Assembly: GCA_012295275.1 (NCBI GenBank)
Contig: CM022668.1
Location: forward strand, 8,370,001-8,434,000
Length of the DNA: 64,000 nucleotides
Reading direction: 5' to 3'
DNA from: Chrysomallon squamiferum
Taxonomy: Eukaryota; Animalia; Mollusca
Positions within the stretch are counted from its first letter, which is position 1; the number at the start of each line of letters is the position of its first letter. Positions 13,826-35,095 of the stretch are shown piece after piece. The translations under genes and the position numbers were made by a program. The notes beneath the pieces are model-generated. The model did no database searches. It was not told the origin of the DNA and saw only the letters and a program-made list of their open reading frames with translations.

Positions 13826-16439
13826 AAGAAGAAGAAAATGAAGAAATAAAAAAATGAACAAAACAAATAATTTTTGATTGTATAAGAAATTAACACACAT
13901 ACACACACATGTATATATATACTGGAGATTCCATTTTGCAAAGTTGATATACTCATGAACTCTGTAGTGAACAAGCACTTTTATTTTTAAATAAGTTTTA
14001 ACTGTGAATAAGCTTCAAGTCTGTTGATGTAACACATTTATTTTGCGGTTGTTAAGATCGGACTGAAACACATTTACATTACCTTTCACGTTTTATTTGT
14101 TTTCTGTTGAATAGTGAACAGTTAGGTTTTATAACGTGTAGATTCACATACATTTCTTTTTGTAAACTAAGTTATTAGAATAATAGAGGAAAATTTGTTA
14201 TTATCACTGGAACAATGTGGACAGCGAAGCATGAACAGAAGTATAAAGATAAATGTTTGTTTTTATTTGGTTTTTAGCGATGTCACCAGAGTACACAGTG
14301 CATTAGACACAAAATATTATTTGTTAACATCTCCAGAGCGCATTGATTGATTTACTATCAAGTATTGTCCAATCAGCGATTACTAAACAGCAGACACATG
14401 ACAAGTACGTCACGTTCTGAAACACTCACAAATTACGCGCCAAACACGATAAATCCCCGTAGCCTTGACACCGCATCGCCATTTGTGAGCGAGACAAAAC
14501 CATGCCTAGCAATCTGTGACTAGAAAACCACCTTCCACATCACCACAGATTAAAACTTGATAACATTACTCTTCTGCAATAATTAAATTAAAAATAATAA
14601 TAATAAAAAACAACTACATAGCTGACTACCTTTTTATTTGTACACAAACTACACAGTTTTTACATATCTAACAGTTTGAAATGTGTCAGCATTTGTTTTA
14701 TCGAAAATCGTGGACTTTTATCATACACAGTATTGTGAAAACTGTGATTGTAACAATGTCAAAAACTATCTATCTTTCAAATAACACTGACAGCCCAACA
14801 AATGCCATGTTTGCTTAACCTCATTTTGGCGTCTAAAGTTAGTTTTTTTTTAGTGTGCTAACTGATGTTTAGGACATACATATTCTGAAACTGTCGGGTC
14901 ACATCTTCTAGAAGTAATGGGACTATGAGGCTAAATCTAAGATGTTAAAGTAACTAGATCAGACAGAAACATGAATGAAAGGTCGCTTTATTTGTTTTCA
15001 GGAATACAACATCTAAGGTGCCATGTTTTTTTTACAGTACAACACAAATATAAATGAAGACGGCAGCCATAAAAAGGATGAAGATTTGGCTGTTTTAAGT
15101 CATTTAAAGTCCTGTTGGCCTTTTAAAACTCTGTATATGTTAACAAATATAGACTAATAACTAATAGGTAAATAATAAATAATTAATTACTGAAGTATAT
15201 TGTATTTATTGATGTTTCGATTACTCTAAGCATTTAAGTATGAAAGATGGCCGCCACCGAAACCTAGAAAATTTATTAGGATTACTAGGTTAGTTAGAAA
15301 TATAAAGTTCGTTTTATACGTTTTCAGTAGTAAAGAATCGAATTTAGCCATAATTTTTCTCGAATAAATGCAAAAAGTAAAGATGGTGACCATATTTTAT
15401 TCATTGCGGAGAATGTATATTGTAAAGAAGCCTTATTGCATTTCAAATGCTTACCTTTTTAAACCATCTGAATTGACTTCTCGTCCTTTCTTTTGCTTTC
15501 TCAAGCAATTAAGTTTACCTTTAATCAAATGATTTTCGATGTTTCATGGCATTTGCAAGGTGATCTTTAGCTTCTGAATTTAATAAACATTCAACATTCA
15601 AATAATTCACAACTGACTTAAATTTGCCTTGTGTTTTAGTGCAACACTCAAAATATCGCCTTTAAGTCTTCATATCTTCAGCAAGCTAGAGTCCATCCTC
15701 AGTGAAGTGGTCGTGATGGTGGAGAGGGATTAATAAATTCAAATTTAGAATTAACGTATTACAATAATCATCCATACATAAATAACACAACAGTTCACTT
15801 ATTTATTAATTATTACTGATAAACATTTACAATTACACAAAAGAAAATAACCCGAACTAATTACTGGGAAACGTATTTAAAATACGGAATCAGTTTAGTG
15901 AAAGACGGACTCGGCAATGGGATAATAAAAATAATTTTGCTAGCTTAAAAAATCCCACTCACAAAGTTTTATTTTATGTTTCTTTTTCACACCAAAATCA
16001 CCATGACGTGGTCGCTTAAATTAGGCTAAACAAAAATAAAAAAAAATAAAAAAAAAAAAAAATAAACAAATAAATTAAAGACTGTATTTAACTTCTGTTG
16101 AACTAAGACAGTCAGTAGTTTGTAAATCAGTGAGGGGCAGACTGCTCCCCGCGGGGTTTTCTGAATGCCACGCCTAATTAGACGCGGAAATTAACGATTA
16201 GTAGTAGTACGGTCTGCCTGATAATGTGTCATGTATCATGTTGACCGCTCCTCGAAAGGTTCCCATAGCTGTTTTATATATCGCTTATGATAAAAATAAC
16301 AACAGTTTCACTTGTGCTTATTGCCACTGTACTTCTATGGCAAGATTATTTGGAAAGGGAACTAAAAAAAAACCCAGAAAAGATATTTTCTCTGTAGTTA
16401 CCAACGTCATCGTCTCCATTAATCAATATTACTGCTACT

Positions 16440-16460
16440 AATACAACTACCACTTTTCTT

Positions 16461-16494
<34 letters not shown>

Positions 16495-16581
16495 TATTAC
16501 TACTACCATTGCTACAACTTTGGCCTACTACTACTACTACTTCTACTACTTCTACTATTACTACTACCATTGCTACAACTT

Positions 16582-16616
<35 letters not shown>

Positions 16617-16910
16617 TTACTACTACCATTGCTACAACTTTGGCCTACTACTACTACTACTACTACTATTACTACTACTACTACTACTACTACTATTAAT
16701 ACTACCATTGCTACAACTTTGGCCTACTACTACTACTACTACTACTACTGTTACTACTACTACTACTACTACTTCTACTATTACTACTACCATTGCTACA
16801 ACTTTGGCCTACTACTACTACTACTACTACTACTACTGTTACTACTACTACTACTACTACTTCTACTATTACTACTACCATTGCTACAACTTTGGCCTAC
16901 TACTACTACA
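16440..16910. repeat. Compound minisatellite, unit taccattgctacaactttggcc+(cta)n, about 6 copies
   Basis: A fixed core separated by variable CTA runs. Confidence 0.85.
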
Positions 16911-17105
16911 AAAAATATGAACGGTACCAGTGAAATGTATTTAGTGTTGTGCCATGCCAAACTTATTTCCTCTAAAGTTTATGAAAATAGCCGTTCAGAC
17001 AAATATAGTTTGTATGTGTATTCAAGAAATACCGTGGGCGGTATAAAAAGGTTTACTGTATTATTATTATTATTTTTATTATTATTATTTTTATTATTAT
17101 TATTA

Positions 17106-17223
<118 letters not shown>

Positions 17224-18329
17224 TGTGTAAATCTGATACAGATTTTGCTTAGTCACGACTCATGACTGGCTAACAGTGGCCAAGGACATGTAGTCTTGTA
17301 TTGACTAGTATTGATCGGTTTTCGCGAAGAACAATTAGTGTTTACTAAGAAAACCAAACAAGAGAACAAAAACCACATATATCGGGTACAGCAGTTTTCA
17401 CGTAAGTGCTATTTAGAGATTACTTGAAATAATTTCAATATTTGCCAACCGATGTTCGAGCAAACAGTGGCTGTATTTCACTCATGAATAGCTCAGTGTG
17501 CTTCAACGTCGTCATAGCAACGGTATCCAGATTCGTACACAGAAAGGAGGATGCACTGAAGTCATTCCGGAGCGAGGGACGCAAATTCACACGATCGATC
17601 CTCCATATGTGCTGTTTGCCTCCTTCGTGAACTTCCAGCCTTGCCGCGTGTCATAAAAGTTTATCCCAAACGATTTTATACCTGTCTATCTCCCTACCTA
17701 CCTGTCTGTCGTCTTTCTGTCTGTCTGTCTGTCTCTCTCTATCTATTTTTATATGTAAGTAATGCTTAATAATGTAAATAAAATGTTAACCTAAGTGTTC
17801 ACTGCTTTATTTTCTCTGAAAACACAGAACGTACAGACATACAGAGACATACAGCCAGATACACACACAAACGCACAAACACACATATTAATAAAAAACA
17901 ACAACACTTAATCTCTTTTTTATAGCGCCAACCAGCCACATTTAATAAATAAAAAACAAATAAACTCACACTCCAACAAATTAACAAATAAAATACTTCA
18001 CAAAAATACTTATTTCATAAAAGTTACCTATTACGTAATTATTCGGAAACATCTAAGAGAAAAACGACTACTTTAGGAGCCGCTACTGAAAAAAAAAAAT
18101 AAAAAAATAAAAACAAAACGAAAATAACAAACAATCTTTATGTCACGGTATATTCTACAAAAATCAGAATATAGCAAGTCAGTTTGACAAATGATATGAA
18201 AATTGTAAACATCATGTTATTTTGCATGACAAAAAAAAAAATAAAATAAATGACAGTAATAAAAAAAAAAAATCTAAATATCTATATAAAACTAACCAAA
18301 AGAAGAAAAAAAGTTAAATATAATAATAA

Positions 18330-18364
<35 letters not shown>

Positions 18365-18663
18365 ATTAATAAATTAAATCCCAACAACAAGTAATAATAG
18401 CTATAAAATTGTCTGAGTATTTCACTTCAAATTACACTACAGATGTATCGCAGAGGTTTGCCGCTATCGAGTTTCGTAGTCGTGTGGACCTGCAGGGTCA
18501 GTCGTGATGTTTTAGTCACACCCCACAGCACAATTACACGACCTCAACCCCGAGTCGTTACAGATATCAAACAAAAATAGAGCGACAGAGAGAGAGAGAA
18601 AAAAAATTGAATTTATGTTTTAGTTAAGCCATCACGAAATGGGTTGTACTGTTAAACCCCAGC

Positions 18664-18694
<31 letters not shown>

Positions 18695-19469
18695 TAGAAT
18701 AACTACAACATTAAACGTCAGTACTATTTGCAGTCATATTCAAAAATAATTTGTCATAACCTGGTTTCTTAATCGTTTTTCTATACAGTATAGGTGTTCG
18801 CGAGTGTGTGTGTGTGTGAGTTTTGATATTTACTTAAAACAGACACTGCATTAAGGGTCACCACAGCTACGTCAATATGTACACGTTGCTAGTAGTAAAA
18901 TGATTTATTTAATACTAATAAAGTCAGGTCATTAATTATGTATGGAATTTTAAGGAAAAAATAAAGAGAGAGAAAAAAAAGAAAAGAACAACCCTTTTAT
19001 TCATAAAAATAACTTAAAAATAATATAAAAAGATATAATAAAATAAATCAAAACGAAAAAAGTAAATAAATAAATAACAAATAAATAAAGAAGTTAGTAA
19101 ATAAATAAATAAATAAATAAATTCAGTTGATGATGTCCTGATTATGATGACTTTGATGCTGTTATGCTGACGCTGACGATGATGATAAAAATAAAAATAA
19201 AAATAAAACTTTCATTTTTTCTACATAATTTTCGAATTGTGTCAGTCGCACAATAATAAGATTCGATTAACCATGGAAACGTTTACTGTTTGTATTTACT
19301 GTATGGAATACATAACTACATAATCACCTAATTAATATTATTGTAACTGATTTTTGTAATTAATACCGTTTTTGTTAATTTTGTTATTACTGTTCTAGTG
19401 TTGGGATTATTGTTATTGTTTGTTCTTTTTTCTTTCAATATTGTAGATTTGTATTTTTTCTTCTTCTTT

Positions 19470-21321
<1,852 letters not shown>

Positions 21322-21570
21322 TACTCTGAAAAATGAAAACAAAAGTAATACCTAATAGTAAAACAAAGCAACAAACTAAGTAAGTAAGTAAGTAAGTAAC
21401 TAACAAACTAACCAACTAACTAACTAACTAAGTTAGTAAATAAATACATAAAAAATATCCAGTCATGCAGAGGATAATAAAGAAAGTGAATAATTAAATC
21501 TGTCTGTCTTTTTGTCAGTCTTTCTTTCTGTCTAATCACCTGTCTGTACTGACACACAAACAGTACTTAC

Positions 21571-22989
<1,419 letters not shown>

Positions 22990-22990
<1 letters not shown>

Positions 22991-23050
22991 GCGTTGTCAC
23001 GTGTGTTTCTAGCACGCTGCGCGTGGCGACATGTGCAGTGACGTCATGTT
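22990..23050 (-). promoter_or_regulatory. Candidate promoter of sulfotransferase 2 with E-box and CRE
   Basis: CACGTG at 22998-23003 and TGACGTCA at 23039-23046 in a CpG-rich patch just upstream of the putative first exon. Confidence 0.35.
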
Positions 23051-23320
23051 TGAGATCTTCCAGGGGAAAATCGTAAAATAATAACTAAATTGTAATTGCA
23101 TTTGTTGTCCATCCTAAATGATCATTTTCTGTTCAACCGCTTCCAAAAATATGCTGTCTTCTTGTTTATTCTATGCTTTTCTGATTGAAATAAAAAGAAG
23201 CAAAAGAAGTATATAAATAAATAATTAATAAATAAATAAAAATATAACTAAGTAAATAAATAAAACAAATTTTATAATTTTTATTTTTGAATAAATTGTT
23301 TTTATAGGTTAGATAGAATC

Positions 23321-23509
23321 TATAAAAATATCAGTGGTTTCTAAGACAGTGAGAATGTAATAGGTATGTTATAAAAATATCAGGAGTTTCTAAGACAGTG
23401 AGAATGTAATAGCTATGTTATAAAAATATCAGTGGTTTCTAAGACAGTGAGAATGTAATAGCTATGTTATAAAAATATCAGGAGTTTCTAAGACAGTGAG
23501 AATGTAATA
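23321..23509. repeat. 49-bp minisatellite, about 4 copies
   Basis: tataaaaatatcag(tg/ga)gtttctaagacagtgagaatgtaatagctatgt repeated with period 49. Confidence 0.9.
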
Positions 23510-24095
23510 CCTGTATTATCACAAAGATTACAGTTAAATAAATAATTGGTTTATCAGTCTATAATTGTTGATAATGAAAGCCACGCGGTTCAAAATTATA
23601 ATATTTCTAATCAAAAATACAAAAATAAATATGTAAATAATATCGCGAGACAAGAACATATTTTTTTCTTTCAAAACTGTTTTTGTTGTTGTTTAAAATA
23701 TAATTATATTATTAAAGAGCCATTGCCGTCTACTCCTGCCGAATAGCCGCAAGTAATACGTTATGTGCACCATCTCGTATACAGCAGAACTAATTTAGCA
23801 ATATGTCAGAAACCAGCGTCAAACTACAGGCTTTCCGCTCCAGTAGTTCTTTAATTCTCTGCATAGAAACTTGTTTGTATTCCCAGTGGTAGTTAGATTG
23901 ACAAAACAGGTGGCTTTAAAATAAATCTATTGTCATTGTTAGTGCATGCATGCATACACATATTTACATATGTAGGTGTGTACATATGTGTATATTACAT
24001 GTATGTATTAATGTATATTTGTATGTATGTATGTATGTATGTTTTTATCTATGTACGTATTACATGCACAAAAATAAGTACGTGCGTGTGCATGT

Positions 24096-24225
<130 letters not shown>

Positions 24226-24785
24226 GTGTGTGAATGAATGCACGGTAATTTAACAAGAGATTACGATCTGGTAAATCTTCCGTAAGTTCAGGATGCACTT
24301 ATAATTGTTTTATATGATACGATCATGGCAAATTAAACTTATTTTTAAAACATTTTACTCAAACATATTTTGTATCACTAAGTTAAAAACTATTCTAAAA
24401 TTTAAATAAATATATTCTTCATCTACCATTTGCATGTACAAATTAAATAAATATGTCATATTTAATAACTCAAAAGCAAAAAAACAAAAACAAACAAAAA
24501 AAAACAACAAAAAAAACAACAACCCAAAACAACAAAACAAAACAAACAAAACGAACACCAAAAACAACAATAATTAATTAGTAATTAATAATAAAAAACT
24601 TAATAAATTACTAAATAAATATATTTAGTCTCCGTTTCATTAATTTATTTCAATATATGCACTGAGTTTATTTTATACATATAAATTCTTTTCACAAGGT
24701 TTAAATATTAAAACTTAGAACATTATTTAATATATTTTCAGAATCCGAAAGTTTCATTTTAATTCATATTATTGTTTTGTATTTT

Positions 24786-26827
<2,042 letters not shown>

Positions 26828-27112
26828 TACCCTAAAAACAGTGCAAACGATGGAAACTTAATAAATAAATAGATAAATAAAGAAACAAACAAACAAACAA
26901 ACAAACAAACAAACAAAAACAAATAAATAAATAATTATATAAATAAATAAATGAATAAGTAAATAAATAATTAAAAACAATAATAAATAAATAAGATACT
27001 AAATAAGTTAGATAAATTCAGTCAGTGAGCCAATGGATAATGATGGAGGTAAGACAATGAATAATAAAATGGAAAAAACTATTGCAATGGTAGTGAACAC
27101 AAAAATAAATCC

Positions 27113-27156
<44 letters not shown>

Positions 27157-29809
27157 TTAATAAATAAATAAACATATTCATTTTGAACAACATAATATAT
27201 TTTACAAAATAAATAATAATATAGACATATACAGTTATCCACGACATACATACTCTCAAAAAATAAATGTATAGTAATTAGAAACCTCTTACTTCTTCAA
27301 ACAAGCAGAGCCCATGTCACGTGTATCCAGATTAGATAATCTAGGTAATCAAACTTTATCTAGGGCGCTTTTCATATATAGATATATATAACTAATTTCG
27401 TGTTTTAATATCTTGAAGCTTCTTAATGCAGTGAACTGTAGCTGTGTCCGTCTCAGAAAATGATGTGGCATGGATATTATCAAATGCAGTGTTAATAAAT
27501 CTTTGTGAAGCTGATGCCGTATCCCATAGAAACAAAATACAACAATTATTCAGCAAAGCAGTCGTGACCATAACAAACAATATGATCAATAATCTATTTG
27601 TTTTACCGATCTTCACATTTTTAACTAAATCAGCTTGAGATTCGGGAAAAAAATAAAGAAAAAGTCATATTTAACTCCGGTTTCATGTTTTATCAGTAGC
27701 AAGTAGTTAAGCAATCATTCATATAGCCAAATATATAATTAATATTTGCTCTTCTAAACTCGCTCTCTCTATCTTGCTATAGTTGTCTTTCTCTAGCACT
27801 CTTACCGTCTCTCTCTCGTTTCTATATTTATGTAATGCTCTCTCTCTCTGTTTCACAGACACACACACACACTCACACACACAAATAAACACACCTTTAT
27901 TTGCAGTGTGCGTGTACATATTTGTATCTATCTGTTGGTAACATCGGCAATTCGATTGATTATGGTTGTGGTCATAATTAATGTAAACAAAATGTTAACT
28001 ACTAAACAGATCTAGGCGACCAGTTAAAGAATTATATAAACAGAACATTAATAAAAATGGGGAAACAAGACTGATATGTAGCAAATACTGCTATATAATT
28101 TTTAATGTTAACGGAAACAGTAATTATAGTTGTTGTAATAGAAAATAAAGTTCAAAGTGAGAATGTGAAGACTCTGACTGTCATTTGTTTGTTCAACTCT
28201 TTCTTTATAATTTATTCACTATTAAATAAAATACTGTTCTTTATTTATATTCTTATTTTTCACAGTTATATTTTATATATATGGTAATGAAATAAATTTT
28301 ACTGTATTAAGAAATGAATTAATTTGGACCCGTATCTTTTCAATAATAACAAATATGCTTTTTTCTATTCTTCCTTTAATGCTCATCCTATTTATCATAC
28401 ATGGTATTATATAAAGTTATTTTAATAATTTTAATATATTAATAAAGATCAATCGACCTTGCTTTAAGAGTGTATTGACTTGTATCTGCTAAATACAGTT
28501 TCTTTCCTTGTTTGTCATTTTGTATTTTACATTTTAAATGTTTGTCATGTGTCCACACATCTGGACCATCTGCAGGTGATATAAGTAAAAGAGTTGATGT
28601 TTTCCTGCAATTTCACAGCAGGAAAAAATATTTATATATTTAAAATATATTTTTTATTAATGGTGTCATCGAGATCAGGACTAACGCCCAAGCACGCGAG
28701 TTTTAGGAAATGTTGCTATTTAAAATCTAACAAAACACTAACATCGTGTAATACGTTTTATGATAAAACATTATTCAGTGCATTAAAGTCAGTTTTCATA
28801 CAGTATATAGCATACATTATAACAGCTTTACAAAAAATACTTCTTATTTAAATATAATATAAAACAAAAGTGGATTATGAATATACTTATCAGAGGTTAT
28901 AATATTGTAAAAGGAGTCGCAATTTTTCTCTTTAGTTCTTACTTTCTTACATTCTTTTGAGTAAAACTGAGTGGCCAAATGTTAGTGGAGGAGTGAATAG
29001 AAATACAAAAAATTAGTCTAAGGTACTTTTTAATTTGTTTTCTTTTTCGATTTCTTTCTTTCCTTCTTTCTTTGTTACTTTGCTGTATTTTTCATTCTTT
29101 CTTTCTTATTCTTGTAATTAAGTGTAGTGTAAACAAATACTTAAACAATCGTCTATTTGTCCGACAGTTCTGTTTATCTACACAGTCTGCAAAGAGATCT
29201 TTATATTTACTTACCAGAGGAGGAAAAGAAGGTTCTTCAAAAACACATACAAATATCCACACTATTTGTACTTTTGTGTACGTCAAATTGCGTTAACAAA
29301 ATTATCCTGACAAATGTCTCACTGTGCATATCACTTACAAATCCGTGACTGTCACATAATTATAGAACACACTAAGACTGCCCACAGCCTCGAAAACCTT
29401 TTATCTTTTATACCCTCTTGTGAGTGTCAGTAACTGAAATCATTTGATATAAAGCCCTAATATTTCTGTTTTTTTTCAGTAATTTATATGATTACATTTC
29501 ATGTCTAGTTGTTTTCGTTATATATTGCTGTTAAGGTTAAAAAAAAAAAAAAAAAAGGTTCTACATCACTATGGAGTGGTTACCACCCGAAAGGAGCATA
29601 CACTGAATACAGAAATAATATTTACGAACATATTACTTTTATATAAAAAAGACTGAATTTCATTTCCATGTTCATAAAACAAATACCTCACGTAGATAGT
29701 ATTTACAGTCTTTTCTTCTGTCTTTCTTTCAGGTAAGAACAAATCAGAAACAAGTAATACTAATACTACTACTGCTACTAATACTGCAACTTGTTCTTCT
29801 AATAATTAA

Positions 29810-29922
<113 letters not shown>

Positions 29923-30144
29923 GTAAGAGGAAGAAGAAGGACAAAAGTTACAAGATTAATATTTATCACTGTCGGACACTGATGGATTTCGACCATATTT
30001 AAACATTACAAAACAAGTTTTATATTTAAATTAATGTATTCTTATGTTATCATTGTTGTTGTTAATGTCTTTCTTATTGTTGTTATAAATGCTGTAAAGA
30101 TCATCATTGTTATTGTTGCTGTTATTGTTATTATTAATATGAAG

Positions 30145-30227
30145 CCAGGATGGATTTGGATCATAGTTAAACATTAAAAAATCTGTCGTATGAAGAGTTT
30201 TTAACTTTGAAATAATTTCTGCAGGTA
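30145..30227 (-). pseudogene. Isolated duplicate of the sulfotransferase C-terminal coding segment
   Basis: The minus strand reads PAEIISKLKTLHTTDFLMFNYDPNPSW, a near-exact nucleotide copy of ~30582-30664, located in the 3' flank of gene 4. Confidence 0.85.
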
Positions 30228-30425
30228 TTAAAAACGTATTATATGAATTACAAAAATAACTAGATTTAGTGTCCGTTTCATTAAATTATTTCAATATATG
30301 CAGTGATTTTATTTTATACATATAAATTCTTTTCGAAAGATTTAAATATTAAAACTCTAAACATTATTTAATATATTTTCAGAAACCGAAAGTTTCATTT
30401 TAATTCATGTTATTGTTTTTAATTT

Positions 30426-32086
30426 TTAAATGTTTTTCTTTGAGCTGCTGCTTCTTTTGTTAGTTTTCTTCCTATTATTATCTTTATGGTTGTTGTTACT
30501 GTTGATATTGTTGTTATTATTTTTCTTGTTGTGAAAGTCATTATTGTCCTTGTTACTATCATTACTCTTATTAGACTGCAACCAGGATGGATTTGGATCA
30601 TAGTTAAACATTAAAAAATCTGTCGCATAAAGAGTTTTTAACTTTGAAATAATTTCTGCAGGTACTGATCTAAACGCTTCCGATAAAAAATGTTGTCTTT
30701 GTTGTTTGACTTGATCTCTGGAGAGAGGATTTTCTCTGAATGTCTTTATCACTAAATCTGTGAACAGTTTGTCATTTACGTCTTTCAGTTTCTCGCTGGG
30801 TAATTTCGTGTCCATTGGCAAATAACCGTTTATTTGAAATGTTTTCCATAATCTCTTGGCCGTTTCTTCTTCGTTTGAGCACGATTTGCAAGGCAATTGA
30901 AAATTATATTCACTTAACATCTGTATTTCATGTTCCACCCATATGTCGTGTCCATGAGTTCCAATCAGATGGGAGAGACCGACTTGGGACAAAATAAACT
31001 TCACGTCAGGAAGGAAAGTTTCCATCTTTCCGATCACATTTGGCTGAAATTTGCACGGGTCACACATATAGCTCACGGGAATCCAGTGTTCATTCATGTC
31101 GTCAAGTTTGGTGGAAACGACGAATTTCAAAAACTCCTCAAACGTGACGTTGTTGTGACATTTCGGTTTCCACTTTGTCGGCGCCAGTCTTCGTGCTTCG
31201 GTACACCAAAAATCCGGAAGCAGGAATTTGTCCACATACGCTGACCAGAGTCTGGAATACGGATCCCGAGTGAACAGAAAACGAAATGTGTTGGGTAAAA
31301 ATTTCTTAGCAGTTTTCATGTTGTAAGATCTCAGATAAATCTTCGGTGCATAATGAGTTACCATCCGGGGTATTTCGTTAGGGGAGCTAACTTTAACTCC
31401 ACCTGTTTCTTTGTACAGGAAGCGGAAGACGTTTATCCAGTATGTACATCCCGCCTTAGGCACCGCACAATAAGAAAGTTTGTAGATGTCGTGAGTGAGA
31501 ATCCCTCTTCCGAAACCAGGAGGATTTGTGAGACAAACGTCTTGTAATTTCTTTTGTCGGTTAGTATACCTCGGTAACAGGTTCAATTTATATGTGTAAA
31601 CAGGAAGCTTTTCTTCGACAGCTAAAATATTAATTTCCAGATTCTGCTTTAATTTTACTATTAATTATCATGATTATTAAATTAATGAAATAAGAACAGC
31701 ATCAACAAAAATAAAACATAATAAAATAAAATAAAATAAATAAAATAAATAAATGATTAAGTAAATGTATAAGTGAATAAATAAATGAATAAAAAAGTAA
31801 GAAAACATCAAGCTAAAGTAATACATATGTACATTACACGTGTATTTGTATATATATATGCATCTGTTATTGAGATATTTACTCATTATATCTATATATG
31901 TATGTATGTACACACACACACACACACACCCAAACAGCAGCCACAATAACAAAGATATAAATAAACAAAATTACAAAGAAAAACTAAATAATACGTACCA
32001 AAAATGTGAATGTCGTTGTAGCTGCAGTTAATAGTTAGTAGAACAGGTACCGTAATACACCAAACAATTAGTAGTAATCTCCACAT
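30426..32086 (-). CDS. Carbohydrate sulfotransferase 4 (CHST11/HNK-1-like), ~427 aa with Asn/Lys-rich tail
   Basis: Exon 32086-31999 encodes MWRLLLIVWCITVPVLLTINCSYNDIHIF (ttttacag acceptor, gtacgt donor, phase 1). Exon 31621-30426 follows (attttag acceptor). Motifs YCAVPKAGCTYW, RDPYSRLWSAY, NEHW. An upstream UTR exon donor is at 32339. Confidence 0.92.
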
Positions 32087-33010
32087 AGATCTGTAAAAAA
32101 AAAACTTCTAAAAATAAATAAATAAATAAATAAGTAAGTAAATAAATAAATTAATAAAGAAACAAACCAATAAATAAACAAATAAATACATAACTGAATA
32201 AAATTTTTAAATGAAATAAAATAAAACAAAAATAGGAGAGAGAGAGGAAAATGTATCAATATAAATTTCATTAAAAGAAATTTAAGAATTATAATTATAA
32301 TAATAATAAATAATAAGAATATAATATGTCGGTACTTACCTACGGCCTGGCCGGCGATACACAGAGTTTCTTTTAGAGAGGAAGAAATCATGACGAAAAT
32401 AATATCTTTTATAATAATGTTTGAAGAAGGTAAAGTTGTTTAGCTTAGGTACGTCGATGTAGATACTTTATTATAAATTTTATCGTCTATAATTTCAAAA
32501 ATATGGGTTCCATATATATATGAAGAAAAACAATGGAACAGTTGTTCATTATCGTTGCTAAAATCAAATCATGTTTCGTATTTCATGGTTCATACAATCC
32601 AATAACAATTACTGCACAAAAGAATTTCTCACTTCAGCTAAAGATTTCTTTTTACAATTTGACTACTAAATTCATTTGACTGATTTATAACAATTAGAGT
32701 TAAGTGTTAACTGTCAATATAGTTTTTTCCTCGTAGAGACATTTCTTGAATTTTAAGTATATCAGACCATTATTCTTTCACACTGACAGAGATGTCGTAC
32801 ATGTAGACACATGTCTCTAGATGTTGATAAATAGGTCTGAACGTACTTAAAAAGATGTCTGAATATACTAATGCAGATTTCTGAACACACTGATAAGCAT
32901 GTTAACACTCTTGTCTGAAAAATACAGAATGAAAAAGAAATCTATATAGATACCAACAACTATCTGTCATCTCCTAGTCCATCTATCCATCCATCTATTA
33001 ATTTTCTCTT

Positions 33011-33129
<119 letters not shown>

Positions 33130-33203
33130 AGTTTGTGTATATATATATATATGTGTGTGTGTGTGTCTACGCATGTCTGTATGTCTGTGTATGAGTGTGT
33201 GTG

Positions 33204-33260
<57 letters not shown>

Positions 33261-34494
33261 TTCTGAAAATCAATCAACCAACCAGTCAGTCAATCAATGT
33301 ATCTAGCTATGCATTTATCTATATATATATATACCTTTCTACCTTTGTTCGTTTTCTCTCTCTCTCACTGACATACAGAAAGTCCGTCAGTCACGTTTAA
33401 CATATGTAAACTAATACAAATATCAGTTTTAAAGATTAATGCGTTAAATTTCGTAAACTGCAAAAGAAAGCTAAACAAGTGAACAGATACAGAGAGAAAA
33501 CCCGTATTGACTCAGGCGAAGTTCAGCATGAAAACTGATATTTTAAATCATGTCTTCTGATTTGTGCTTACGTCCAGACTGTTTTCATTAGGTAGTGACG
33601 GGAATAAAAGCCATTTGTAGAACAGAATCGAAATAAAACGCCTCTGTTTGCCAAACGTGTCCATCGGAACAAAATGGTAAAAGTATTACGTTACAGTTTT
33701 TTAAAATAGCTCTAGTTAGTCTCATGCAGAGACAATGAAGTTTACCAGGCAACGATGTTTTTAGTAAACATACCGGTTCTTTTATGAAGTCGCTTTAGAA
33801 ATAATAACAGGTCAGCTGTTCGGGTGTAACCAGAACATCACGAGTGACCACAACGGTCTCCTTGAAAATACGAATCGTGACTTAAAAGAAACATTCTGCT
33901 CGTCTTGTCAGTCATGCAAAACAAACGAATCACGACTTCAATTATTAAGGTAAATCGGAGCAAATGCATCTGTGTTTTATTTAAGTAGTCATGTAGATAG
34001 ATGTCAAAGATTGTGTATACCGAATAATAGGTAGAAAAAACATAAAAAAAATAATATAAAATAATAATAATAACGAAAAGAAAAGAAAAAAAAAAAAAAA
34101 AAAAAAAAAGAAAAGAAAACAATAAATAAAACAAAATGTAAAAAAAAAGAAAGAAAGAAAACCCAATTAAAATTAATATAAATATTTAAAAATAATAATA
34201 ATAATAAATAAAAAAAAACAATCAAATTAAATTTAAAAAAAAAAAGTAAATAAATTTATAAATAAACTAATGTGACAACATGCAAACAAACATATAAATA
34301 AATAAACAAAAAATAAATAAACAAATAAAAACCAAATAAAGAAAGAATAAAGAAACTAACAAATAAACAAACATAAAATTAAAACAGCAGAAACAAACAA
34401 ATAAACAAGCAAATAAATAAAGAAAGAAAGAAAGAACAAGCCAAACAAACATAAAAATAAATATACGAATAAATGAAAAGGTTTGAACAAACAC

Positions 34495-35025
<531 letters not shown>

Positions 35026-35095
35026 ATGTATATATGTTATTTATATTTATTTCTCTGTTGCGAACATTGATGGTGTTTGTATAAATGTACACCAA

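Noticed and set aside
14260-15420. Possible degraded interspersed repeat or MITE fragments (also ~8250, ~12890, ~23720)
   Set aside because: I could not define TIRs, target-site duplications or coding remnants from this window alone. A repeat library search is needed.
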